Positions 50,386 through 58,765 of a stretch of 64,000 bases of DNA are shown piece by piece. The position numbers were made by a program, and so were the translations under genes. This DNA is from a virus. Where the stretch lies: IMG/VR virus record IMGVR_UViG_3300035211_000097, positions 31,703 through 95,702 of that record; one strand, given 5' to 3'. Positions within the stretch are counted from its first letter, which is position 1. Every line of letters starts with the position of its first letter. The notes beneath the pieces are model-generated. The model saw only the letters and a list, made by a program, of their open reading frames with translations, searched no databases and was not told the origin of the DNA.

Positions 50386-50446
50386 CAGCTTTGTGGGCTA
50401 TCCTCTGGGTAGCCTGCTGATCTGTTAAAGATCAATGGAGGTGTTT

Positions 50447-50719
50447 ATGGGATTATTGCAACATGCAATAGAAATGGAGACGGGACACCTGAGAAGTATA
50501 GGTGTCCAGCAATATGGATTACACACAATGCTTATGTATGAATGTGTGACTTGCGGTTCTACGTTTCCTGCGATATTTTCTGAAGACATGAAGGTATCAG
50601 GATCAGAACACATGGATGCTGAGGATATTGTGAAGTTGGCCCCGGAAATGGTGCCGAGTTGTAACGGTGAAAAAGTAAAGCAGTGTCCATGGTGCAGAAA
50701 AAAAGCAGCGATAAATTAG
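50447..50719 (+). CDS. Hypothetical zinc-ribbon protein
   Basis: CxxC...CPWC; SD GGAGG. Confidence 0.55.
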   Translation: MGLLQHAIEMETGHLRSIGVQQYGLHTMLMYECVTCGSTFPAIFSEDMKVSGSEHMDAEDIVKLAPEMVPSCNGEKVKQCPWCRKKAAIN

Positions 50720-50747
50720 TATCGTTATTATACATTCTGCCGTATAG
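50717..50747 (+). promoter_or_regulatory. Putative phage-sigma promoter, copy 2
   Basis: TAGTATCG-N13-TGCCGTATAG. Confidence 0.65.
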
Positions 50748-50810
50748 TATAGTGAGTAATTCGATGTAAACTTTATCCGGGTCAGCCTGAGAAAGAGTTC
50801 ACTTTCATCT

Positions 50811-51052
50811 TAACCTGCCCTATGGTTCGGATCAAAGATTTGCATATCTCCAAAAAGGCACAGAAAGTGTATTCAGGTTTAAGGGCAGGTTATTTATTTT
50901 GGTTAATATCCGGGAGTTGGAGTAGGTGATGAGGGTTCGTCTTATACAGTATTGATCCCTACGGGGATGACGTAGACAGGCAGCCACCTTTTATGCTTGA
51001 CGCTTCCCTTGGTGTCTTCGCAGTGATGGGAAGATGCCCCTCCCTCCCGGAT
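50811..51052 (+). ncRNA. Candidate structured ncRNA(s)
   Basis: ORF-free; closing helices TAACCTGCCCT/AGGGCAGGTTA and ATCCGGGAG/CTCCCGGAT; internal cUACGg hairpin. Confidence 0.5.
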
Positions 51053-51072
51053 TCATATATAAAGAGGTGTAC

Positions 51073-51261
51073 ATGGAAATTGGTGACTATAAGATTGAGA
51101 AGATCAGGGATCACGGAATGTCAGTGATACAGAAAGGTGTTACAAAATATACAGCGTTTTGTGATCTGAAATTAAAAAGTAGAATACTTCGGGACATGGA
51201 TATGTTGCGAAAGTGTATGCATTTTATTTGTGATGAAATAATGGTGGGGGTAAATTCATGA
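51073..51261 (+). CDS. Hypothetical protein
   Basis: SD GAGGT. Confidence 0.5.
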   Translation: MEIGDYKIEKIRDHGMSVIQKGVTKYTAFCDLKLKSRILRDMDMLRKCMHFICDEIMVGVNS

Positions 51262-51944
51262 GTCAAGGTAAAGCATATCACAATAGGAAACCAAAGGTAG
51301 AGAGAAAAGCGAATGATGGTTATTCTACTCCGAGAAGTCTGGTCTGGGAATTACATAAACAATATCCGGGGGTTATAGATTCATGTGATATACTTGAACC
51401 TTGCTGTGGTAGGGATCAGAATATCATGAATGCATTGGGAGATATAGGAATATCCTGTACAGGTTTTGATTTATATTATGGTCAGAACCGGCAGGATATT
51501 TTTGCGTATGATGGCGAACACGATATGATTCTGACTAATGTTCCATTCACAAACTGGGACGATTTTATATTTGCCTGTAAGTCCATAGCAAGAAGGGTTG
51601 TGGTGATAGGCAGGACAAATTATTTCGGTACTTATCAGAGATATGACTCTGGGATATGGAAAGGGTTACGGCAGACACTTGTGTTTAACAGAATGGTTGA
51701 TTATGAAACTCCGGCAAGGAAGGACGGACATTTTCATGTGGGTGGTCTGGTCACGGCGTGGATGGTATTTGATCGGGATTACCGGGGTAAGGCGTATCTG
51801 GATCATGTGGATGTACAGAAGTATGCAACACTGGGCCAGTATCCACGGAAAATATGTAAAGAGTGTGGAAAGAAAATAACAAAAGGTGATTTATGTAAAA
51901 AGTGTGTTATTAAAATACAGGATGTATTTTATGGCCGTGTTTGA
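51258..51944 (+). CDS. DNA adenine methyltransferase-like protein
   Basis: YSTP, ILEPCCG (motif I) and ILTNVPF (motif IV variant). Confidence 0.7.
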   Translation: MSQGKAYHNRKPKVERKANDGYSTPRSLVWELHKQYPGVIDSCDILEPCCGRDQNIMNALGDIGISCTGFDLYYGQNRQDIFAYDGEHDMILTNVPFTNWDDFIFACKSIARRVVVIGRTNYFGTYQRYDSGIWKGLRQTLVFNRMVDYETPARKDGHFHVGGLVTAWMVFDRDYRGKAYLDHVDVQKYATLGQYPRKICKECGKKITKGDLCKKCVIKIQDVFYGRV

Positions 51945-52179
51945 AAAGAAGCATGGGACAAAATGCAGCCGATGTGGTCAGTCTATCTGGGCCAGATATC
52001 GGATAATAAAACTGAGGTATGCTGCCTATAATCGAGTGGAGCTGTCAAGAATATATTGCAAGAACTGTGATTCTACTTGGAACTGGATGCAAGAAACGGG
52101 AGTATGGAACCGGGTGAAACTGGGGCTTATTGTTGCTGGTGTGATTATTCTTGTGGTCGTGGTAAAATTAAGTATATAA
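51931..52179 (+). CDS. Zinc-ribbon protein with C-terminal TM
   Basis: CxxC...CxxC plus hydrophobic tail. Confidence 0.5.
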   Translation: MAVFEKKHGTKCSRCGQSIWARYRIIKLRYAAYNRVELSRIYCKNCDSTWNWMQETGVWNRVKLGLIVAGVIILVVVVKLSI

Positions 52180-52196
52180 TTTACGGAGGTGTTTTC

Positions 52197-52916
52197 ATGG
52201 GTGATGATATCCGGGGAATCGAAAACGGTAATAATAGTTCTATACGATACTCGCAAGATAAAAACGCAAACGAGTGTATTATCAGAAAAGCCAAAACAGA
52301 GATGGCTAAAGAAATTGAAACTAAGATCAGGAAAGAAATCAAAGGTGTCTCTGAATCGGTAATTAAAAAAATAATTAAGATTGTTTTCAGTAGGGTGAGG
52401 TATCTGGAAAATTGTGGGGTGTCAGCGTTCTCTACTCTGATGGAAGGTATCGGAGTGCTGGGGCCGTTAAACTATGCACATGTAAACCGTGAGTCTATCC
52501 AGATGGATGATTTTTTTTCGGATTATCTGAATGATCCTAAAAAGGATAATATATTCAGTGCAGGTGATGTTTTTGATAATCGATCAATGGGAAATTATGT
52601 CAGGCTGGTAAAAATATTTTTCCCGGAAGTGGATGTGGTTTACAAGAAATTTACATGGGAAGAGATCACTGAGAAAATTTATAATGGCTGGGGCGCACAG
52701 ATGTGTCTGAGGACTCCGGGTCATTATGTGGCAGGTACCAAGTACAACAAAACAAAGAAGTTGATCCTGTATTCTGACTCATGGTCAGGAAACAAGATGC
52801 AGTGGGAAGGACAGAAACTACTTCGGCATGGTGGCTGGGATGAAGAAATGAACAGGAAGATGTATGAAAAAAATACAGTTGGTTACGCAATCATCTATAG
52901 AAAGAAAACTACCTAA
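52197..52916 (+). CDS. Papain-fold (C39-like) peptidase, possible endolysin
   Basis: Cys (NCGVSA), His (GHYV) and Asp (YSDSW) in catalytic-triad order. Confidence 0.55.
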   Translation: MGDDIRGIENGNNSSIRYSQDKNANECIIRKAKTEMAKEIETKIRKEIKGVSESVIKKIIKIVFSRVRYLENCGVSAFSTLMEGIGVLGPLNYAHVNRESIQMDDFFSDYLNDPKKDNIFSAGDVFDNRSMGNYVRLVKIFFPEVDVVYKKFTWEEITEKIYNGWGAQMCLRTPGHYVAGTKYNKTKKLILYSDSWSGNKMQWEGQKLLRHGGWDEEMNRKMYEKNTVGYAIIYRKKTT

Positions 52917-53029
52917 GTATTGTGGACAGTGTGACAATTTTAAATCGTTTCGCTGTCCACATGACGGTAAGACTATAGGAAACGGAGTTCGTTACTATGA
53001 TATAGCAAAGGAATGCTTCAGGGAGTGTT

Positions 53030-53452
53030 ATGACTGAGAAAAAATTTGGTAGGTTAAATGGATTTGTACGGGCAATCATTCCGTTAGTAATTGTGTTGGT
53101 TATCGGGGCATGTCTTATAGTCGGGATCATTCTACTGATTGGTGAAGTAGATCAGCTTGACAGATACACAACATTGCAGTGGATAACTCAGCAGATGCCG
53201 TGGGTGGTTCGAGATATCATCTATGGGTTTATAATGTTGATCACAATATTTGCTTCATTTTTTGGTGCGCTTAAATACTTTAAAAAACATCTTATCTTAT
53301 GGGTGAAGGGTGAAACTTATATGAAGTTCAAAACGTATGAACTGGAAATAAAATATTTGAAGCGTGAGAAAGTAGAGGTCACAAAAGAGCGTGACGAATA
53401 TAGAACAAAATGTAAAGCGTTTGAAAGTAGTATAAATATAACTACGAAGTGA
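53030..53452 (+). CDS. Two-TM membrane protein with coiled-coil tail (holin-like)
   Basis: Two hydrophobic helices; adjacent to the peptidase. Confidence 0.45.
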   Translation: MTEKKFGRLNGFVRAIIPLVIVLVIGACLIVGIILLIGEVDQLDRYTTLQWITQQMPWVVRDIIYGFIMLITIFASFFGALKYFKKHLILWVKGETYMKFKTYELEIKYLKREKVEVTKERDEYRTKCKAFESSINITTK

Positions 53453-53697
53453 GGGAGCCATGGTATTATTTTGGTTAATAGTTTTAGGTGTTGTATGTCC
53501 GATGATATCCGGGGGACTGGTTACTCTGGGGTTACTGGGAATTGATCGGGCAATAGTGAAACTGCAAAAAGCAGGTGTTTAGGTACCATTTTTGCAGAAA
53601 GTCGTTCAGAGGGCCACCAGCAAAGGCAGGTGAGAGAATTCAGGCAGTCCGGGAGGTTGGTTTGTCAACGTGGAAATCTGATTTACGTGAGGTTTGG

Positions 53698-54171
53698 ATG
53701 CATACAGACATTGAAGTCTGGCACCAAGTAATTTTAGACGGGATCACGTATCCATATCTGGTAAGCAGTAATGGGGATGTGATGAATATGAATGGTAAGG
53801 TTTTAAGCAAGATTAAAAGAGGACAGCGGAAAGGGACTTATCATTATGTGAATTTGTATTTGCAGGATGGGAGTGGTAAGCATATCAGAAAAGATGTACA
53901 GAGGATAGTTGCGGAAATCTTTATAGATAATCCTGATAATAAACCGGAAGTAAATCATCTCTGGGGAGACCATTTTGATAACAGAGCCAGAAATCTTGAG
54001 TGGTGTACCCGGTCAGAGAATGAACAGCATAAAAGATTTATGATGGCGCACAGGGAATTCGAGGATGAACCGGAGTCGGTAATAGTGACAGAGGAAGAGC
54101 TGGAGCAGGAACGCCGGGAGTATGAGGAAAAGATCGGGGCCAGTAATTATGAAGAGGTGGTTTGCGGATAA
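53698..54171 (+). CDS. NUMOD4/HNH homing endonuclease-like protein
   Basis: YLVSSNG, RIVAEIF, VNHLWGDHFDNRARNLEWCT. Confidence 0.8.
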   Translation: MHTDIEVWHQVILDGITYPYLVSSNGDVMNMNGKVLSKIKRGQRKGTYHYVNLYLQDGSGKHIRKDVQRIVAEIFIDNPDNKPEVNHLWGDHFDNRARNLEWCTRSENEQHKRFMMAHREFEDEPESVIVTEEELEQERREYEEKIGASNYEEVVCG

Positions 54172-54871
54172 TTTTATTGTGGGGTTTGGTGTGAAAGAAT
54201 TTGTGGTGACTATGGAAGATTTACAGGAAGCATCTCGATGTCTGTGTCATGATAAAATAGAGCGGACAAGGAACGGACTATTCCGGGGAGTTGTTTTCTG
54301 CTTATTGTCTATCGGGCAATTATACAAAAGCCAATTGAACACATATCGAAGTTTACTGACACATGAATTGTGCAGCCCGGAGGCTGTTCGGGACAAATTG
54401 GGTCTTGCTAAACTTATAACCAGTACGGCCCGGTTCCCATCCGCTACGTTTGATTATCTGATGTGCTTGGCAATGACATGGGATGAACACGAAAAATTTT
54501 TTGTTGAGACTTTTATCAATAATTTTCCTAATGACAGTCAGGTGATTGAAGTGCGGGAAGAGCTTATAAAACGGGTTAAGGGATTTGGTTATAAGGTTGC
54601 TTCCCTTTTTATGTGTCTGCTGGGTTTGAATGTCCCGGCAATAGATATTTGGCTGTTGCGATTTTTGAAGGAACAGGGGTATCCGGTAAGTTATAATTAC
54701 GAGAGAGATGGTGGTATAGATCGTAAACAATATTTGAAGTATGAAAAGTATTTGAAGGATTTTGCAAATAAATATGGTTTGCCTGTTGGAGTATTTCAGG
54801 TGATAGTCTGGGTAAAGATGTCATCATGGAATAAACAGGCAGACTTAAAACAATTGGAGTTATTCGGATGA
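54122..54871 (+). CDS. HhH DNA glycosylase (8-oxoguanine glycosylase Ogg-like)
   Basis: REELIKRVKGFGYKVASLF HhH with catalytic Lys, AID Asp, YLKYE; start uncertain. Confidence 0.75.
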   Translation: MRKRSGPVIMKRWFADNFIVGFGVKEFVVTMEDLQEASRCLCHDKIERTRNGLFRGVVFCLLSIGQLYKSQLNTYRSLLTHELCSPEAVRDKLGLAKLITSTARFPSATFDYLMCLAMTWDEHEKFFVETFINNFPNDSQVIEVREELIKRVKGFGYKVASLFMCLLGLNVPAIDIWLLRFLKEQGYPVSYNYERDGGIDRKQYLKYEKYLKDFANKYGLPVGVFQVIVWVKMSSWNKQADLKQLELFG

Positions 54872-55101
54872 ATACATTAAATATTATTCGGGAATTGGAA
54901 AGAACAAAGGAAGTGTCTACTGATGCAGTGCGTAAGGCCCGGAATAGACTTCAGGAATTGGAAGAAGAATTGAAGGTTGCTATTGATGCATTGGAGAGTG
55001 TTGTTATAAATGAGCATATAAGGTCAGCGAGTGTAGTAAGGCCCGTGGCTGAAAATGCTCTGAAGAGAATTTATCAGATGCAGAAGGAAAGGAAGGTGTA
55101 A
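54868..55101 (+). CDS. Hypothetical coiled-coil protein
   Basis: Coupled ORF. Confidence 0.5.
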   Translation: MNTLNIIRELERTKEVSTDAVRKARNRLQELEEELKVAIDALESVVINEHIRSASVVRPVAENALKRIYQMQKERKV

Positions 55102-55102
55102 G

Positions 55103-55648
55103 GTGAGTGATTATATGGCTCAGAAAGCGGACGATCAGATAGAAGCAGGTTTACAAGCACAACAGCGGGCGTATGAACTTCTTCAGGAAGTAAAAAGAAG
55201 AAAGGATAAACCCGGTAAAGATGATTATGTCATAGCTTCACGTTGGGGTGACGTTGATCCTAATGATCCATGGTTTATCGGATTTGTGGAAGATATGGAC
55301 AGTAGCGGTCGTTATTTGGTTCATGGTCGGTGGTATCGTCATGCTTATAGATTACTTAATAACGAGGAAGGGGTTACTCTTTTAAGATTTTTACAGAGTG
55401 TTGAGGGTAAATCTTTCCCGGTTATTTCTGAGGATGCTATGACGATTATATATCAGGATAAAAAAATGGTGCTTGAGGCATACCCTCATCGATGGCTGTT
55501 ATTATTTAGGGATACCGGGGAGATTAGAGGCACTGAACAGATGAGATATCAGAGCAAGGAACCACGGGCAGCTGATTTGAATAAATTGTATGCGATGAGG
55601 CGTATGATAAATATGATGATCAAGGAAGTGAAAAGAAATGATAGATGA
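55103..55648 (+). CDS. Hypothetical protein
   Basis: ORF with SD. Confidence 0.55.
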   Translation: MSDYMAQKADDQIEAGLQAQQRAYELLQEVKRRKDKPGKDDYVIASRWGDVDPNDPWFIGFVEDMDSSGRYLVHGRWYRHAYRLLNNEEGVTLLRFLQSVEGKSFPVISEDAMTIIYQDKKMVLEAYPHRWLLLFRDTGEIRGTEQMRYQSKEPRAADLNKLYAMRRMINMMIKEVKRNDR

Positions 55649-55937
55649 TTTTGCGTGTGATCATACATACAAATGGAATACCGGTTATTCGTGTTCCTTG
55701 TATGAGACCTGTTGCTACTCGAAAGAAAATAATCCAAATAAAACTGTGAGGTCATCCAGTGAATTCGGGTGGAGGCAAGACCGGGTATGTCAGGGTTATG
55801 AGGATATGAAGATACCGTCTGCTTGTGATGATTGTTATAAAAGGCTGGTGTACCCAAAATGCAGTTTATTTGCTTTGAGCTGGGAACGGGATCATCCGCA
55901 TAGCGCACCAAAGGAGTGTCCAAGTAAAAATGTTTAA
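55638..55937 (+). CDS. Cys-rich hypothetical protein
   Basis: Coupled ORF. Confidence 0.45.
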   Translation: MIDDFACDHTYKWNTGYSCSLYETCCYSKENNPNKTVRSSSEFGWRQDRVCQGYEDMKIPSACDDCYKRLVYPKCSLFALSWERDHPHSAPKECPSKNV

Positions 55938-56220
55938 GCTGTCAAAGAAAATGAACATCCGAAAGGGTGATGTTATTTATATAAACGGGATACCAGCAAC
56001 AATCAGTGAAGTAGAACCGGGGAAATGTTTGGTCACAGCAGAGACTACCGGGGTGAAGTTTATAAGGTACGGGGATAGAACGCCTGTACAATCAAATAAG
56101 TACCAACCAAGTAAGCGTTGTCGGGATTGCGCACGAAGAAATCAACACGATTGTGAGAGGCGTGAAAGTGGAACGACTGACGATGCATATATCTGTTGGA
56201 AATTTGTGGAGTGGTTATGA
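55930..56220 (+). CDS. Hypothetical protein
   Basis: Coupled ORF with SD AGGAG. Confidence 0.5.
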   Translation: MFKLSKKMNIRKGDVIYINGIPATISEVEPGKCLVTAETTGVKFIRYGDRTPVQSNKYQPSKRCRDCARRNQHDCERRESGTTDDAYICWKFVEWL

Positions 56221-56606
56221 ATGAAATAGTAATGAATGGCAGGCCAGTAAAGGTCTATTCGAGAAGTTTTGTATTACAGGATGGTATGGCAACGGAAAAA
56301 ATTGAGAGCGTGGGTACCGGGATATTCAGAAAATGGGGATGTGATTATCAGGAGTTCGAGTCCGGGCCGGGTAATTATTCTACTGCCATAGTTGAAATGG
56401 AAGACGGGAGTGTTTTGAATGTATCGGCAGATTTAATTGAATTTCAGGACAGGTTATTTTCGCAGGTACATGAGGTCGGAAAAGAGCGGAAAGCCTTGTC
56501 AGAGGCTCTCAGCAAAGGCTCAGGAGAATTTTGGAACTGTCCTACATGTGGGAGTAATTGCAGCAATGTTTGGATTTATTGTCCTTACTGTGGTGAACGA
56601 AAATGA
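56217..56606 (+). CDS. Hypothetical protein with C-terminal zinc ribbon
   Basis: ESGPGNYSTAIVEMEDG; CPTCG...CPYCG. Confidence 0.6.
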   Translation: MNEIVMNGRPVKVYSRSFVLQDGMATEKIESVGTGIFRKWGCDYQEFESGPGNYSTAIVEMEDGSVLNVSADLIEFQDRLFSQVHEVGKERKALSEALSKGSGEFWNCPTCGSNCSNVWIYCPYCGERK

Positions 56607-56854
56607 GCTGGACTATTACCGAGTGGGCGCAGGCCAGATTAAGAGAAAGATACCGCCTATCACCACGAGGGATAATGATACTTGAACATTTATTGAATAC
56701 TGGTGATTTTATTATTCTGCATGGTAGTAAGAAAGGGACTATCGAAATTGCTGAGGTTATTTACGGTGGCGAGAAGATGCATCTTGTGATCCACAGAAAA
56801 GATAAAAAGGTTATGACGGCAATACCTGTTGATATAAAAAATCCGGGGAGGTAG
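56603..56854 (+). CDS. Hypothetical protein
   Basis: TEWAQARLRER; coupled ORF. Confidence 0.5.
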   Translation: MSWTITEWAQARLRERYRLSPRGIMILEHLLNTGDFIILHGSKKGTIEIAEVIYGGEKMHLVIHRKDKKVMTAIPVDIKNPGR

Positions 56855-56859
56855 ATACA

Positions 56860-57252
56860 ATGAATACTGCTGAGAAACAGGCTACATACAAGGTATTGAA
56901 TACCAGATTGAAAAAGACATTCATTGAAATTGATGGCCTGAAGAGAAGACAGCAGACAGTGACCAGTGAGTTGAAAGAAAAGATGAAACAGGTGCAAAGC
57001 ATATCTGACCAGATGAATGCTTTGAGAGAAAAGGAAATTGTCATAACAGAACATGCGGTACTGAGATATCTGGAAAGGGTGAAAGGTATTGACATCGAGT
57101 CGATTAAAAAAGAAATGTTGCCGGTTAAGGTTAAAGAACAAATTGAAACGTTAGGTGGTGAGGGTAAGTATCCTATAGGTTTGGATAATCCGGGCCAGTT
57201 GATACTCAAGAATAATGTTGTGGTGTCTGTGTATGTGAGGGAGAAGAAATAA
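56860..57252 (+). CDS. Conserved phage hypothetical protein
   Basis: Coiled coil plus ITEHAVLRYLERVKG motif. Confidence 0.6.
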   Translation: MNTAEKQATYKVLNTRLKKTFIEIDGLKRRQQTVTSELKEKMKQVQSISDQMNALREKEIVITEHAVLRYLERVKGIDIESIKKEMLPVKVKEQIETLGGEGKYPIGLDNPGQLILKNNVVVSVYVREKK

Positions 57253-57427
57253 TGTTTTATGGTAGGCTAAGATTGATGTTGGAGTGTGGGATTGTGATTG
57301 AAGTTGATACTTATTCAATATTCGAGAGATTGGCTGAGTATGCCGGTTTTCTTGTGGAGGTGTAGGCATATACCGTTGGATCGGGTAAGGAAGTGAAGAC
57401 AGAGAACATCCGGGGAGGTTGGTGATT

Positions 57428-57643
57428 ATGAATGATGAACTGATTAAATTTGCCAGAGATTATTTGAAAGAGAATTTAAAAAAGTGTACTGAGGCACAGA
57501 GGGGTATGTTTAATCGAATGTATCAGGGTGAGGGTGTTCCGGGTGATGTGGACAGTGTGGTTGATGCAATGCCTGAAAGTAAGCTGGATTGGGCTATGGA
57601 ACAGGTGAGGCAGACTTTACAGAAAAATGATATTTCCGGTTAG
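57428..57643 (+). CDS. Hypothetical protein
   Basis: SD GGAGG. Confidence 0.55.
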   Translation: MNDELIKFARDYLKENLKKCTEAQRGMFNRMYQGEGVPGDVDSVVDAMPESKLDWAMEQVRQTLQKNDISG

Positions 57644-57654
57644 AGAGGTAAAAT

Positions 57655-57825
57655 ATGTATGTCGATAAAAACGGCAAGGAATATGAACACATCTATTGTT
57701 TAACGGAAGAAAATGATGGGTATCTTCCCGGATGGTATTTTTCGGATGAGATCGGTGAAATGCATGGGCCGTTTCAAACATTGGAAGAGACGGAAGAATG
57801 TTTGAAGAATTATTGCAAGTATTAA
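57655..57825 (+). CDS. 56-aa hypothetical protein (not in ORF track)
   Basis: SD GAGGT; GWYFSDE..GPF motif. Confidence 0.55.
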   Translation: MYVDKNGKEYEHIYCLTEENDGYLPGWYFSDEIGEMHGPFQTLEETEECLKNYCKY

Positions 57826-57862
57826 TGGAATTCAGTTACGAAAGAAAACATAGGGGGCGGTA

Positions 57863-58165
57863 ATGAATAAGAAATCGAAGGTAACATGGACATATGATGA
57901 CGGGGAAGCTGTTGACTGTGGGGTAGCTACGGTTGTGAAAATGTGGCTGCCTGTCTTATTTAAGCAGCGTAAAAAGAAAATGCAGTGTGTGGTATATGCC
58001 AGTACGAGAAAGGATTACAATTATATCTGTAAGGAATTTGATGATGAAAGTGAGCCTTTCTTCATGGATACGACAGTCAAGTTGGTATCACAGAAAAAGT
58101 TTGACCGATTAGCACTGAAGCATAACAATCATGCGTTCGATGAAGCAAGTAAGAAAGTGATATAG
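57863..58165 (+). CDS. Hypothetical protein
   Basis: ORF with SD. Confidence 0.5.
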   Translation: MNKKSKVTWTYDDGEAVDCGVATVVKMWLPVLFKQRKKKMQCVVYASTRKDYNYICKEFDDESEPFFMDTTVKLVSQKKFDRLALKHNNHAFDEASKKVI

Positions 58166-58253
58166 GTTACTATAAGTCGGGAAAAGGGCAGTACAAAATA
58201 TCCGGGGTTCATGGTACAATGTATTTAAGAACAGATTTAAAGAGGTTACCGAT

Positions 58254-58739
58254 ATGCGTGTATGTATTATGAAGGGTAAAGGCTCTGATAAGATAGTTGA
58301 AGCACTGAAGGATTCCGGGATATCGAAGAATGATCCTGACAGTAAGTTTAATAAAAGGGAGCTTGCGATTGGTGCCAAGATTGAGCTGGAACATGTTGAT
58401 GATATTGAGGCAGCCAAGGAGATTGCAAAGGATCATCTGATTGAGGATAAAAATTATTACAAAAAAGACTTGTTCGCAGAAGAAAGAGCCAAGGCAGTGA
58501 AAACATTGCAGAAATCAAAAATAAAACTGACAATGGAAGCGGTTATGGATTTCCTGCTGGACAATCCGAACCCGGAAGACTATGTGTTGCATGAGTGGGC
58601 CGAGAGTAAAGGCTTTAATGTGCATGCAGTGGAAGAGTTGGTCTACCAGATGGCGACAGTTCACGCACAGAAGCACATGGGTAAATCATTGATCATCTTA
58701 CCGGCGAGTGAGTACAGAGAGCTGTGCAAAGCTGACTAA
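58254..58739 (+). CDS. DUF5661-like protein
   Basis: ELAIGAKIELEH...AKEIAKDHL.ED.NYY motif; upstream of the portal. Confidence 0.65.
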   Translation: MRVCIMKGKGSDKIVEALKDSGISKNDPDSKFNKRELAIGAKIELEHVDDIEAAKEIAKDHLIEDKNYYKKDLFAEERAKAVKTLQKSKIKLTMEAVMDFLLDNPNPEDYVLHEWAESKGFNVHAVEELVYQMATVHAQKHMGKSLIILPASEYRELCKAD

Positions 58740-58765
58740 ATAAGTAATATATAGAGAGGAACATA

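Larger units (their letters stand above)
44399..50434 (+). repeat. Array of 11 intergenic ~50-nt covarying hairpin elements
   Basis: Consensus stop-N3-YTTT-GTGG-stem-loop-stem-YTGC-TGAH at ~44399, 44772, 45044, 45401, 46766, 47148, 47974, 48412, 48861, 49581, 50383. Confidence 0.9.

Noticed and set aside
44399-50434. CRISPR array interpretation of the repeated hairpins
   Set aside because: Repeats are not identical, the intervening segments are whole genes of 0.2-1.3 kb, and there are no cas genes.
44399-50434. Canonical integron attC sites
   Set aside because: Only two copies show AAC...GTT ends, G-T pairs and UNCG loops favour top-strand RNA, the elements are short, and no tyrosine integrase is in the window. 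A looser cassette role remains a hypothesis.
44399-50434. Plain intrinsic terminators or known self-cleaving ribozymes
   Set aside because: The upper stem is followed by conserved UGAH rather than a U-tract, and no hammerhead (CUGANGA/GAAA) or other recognisable core is present.
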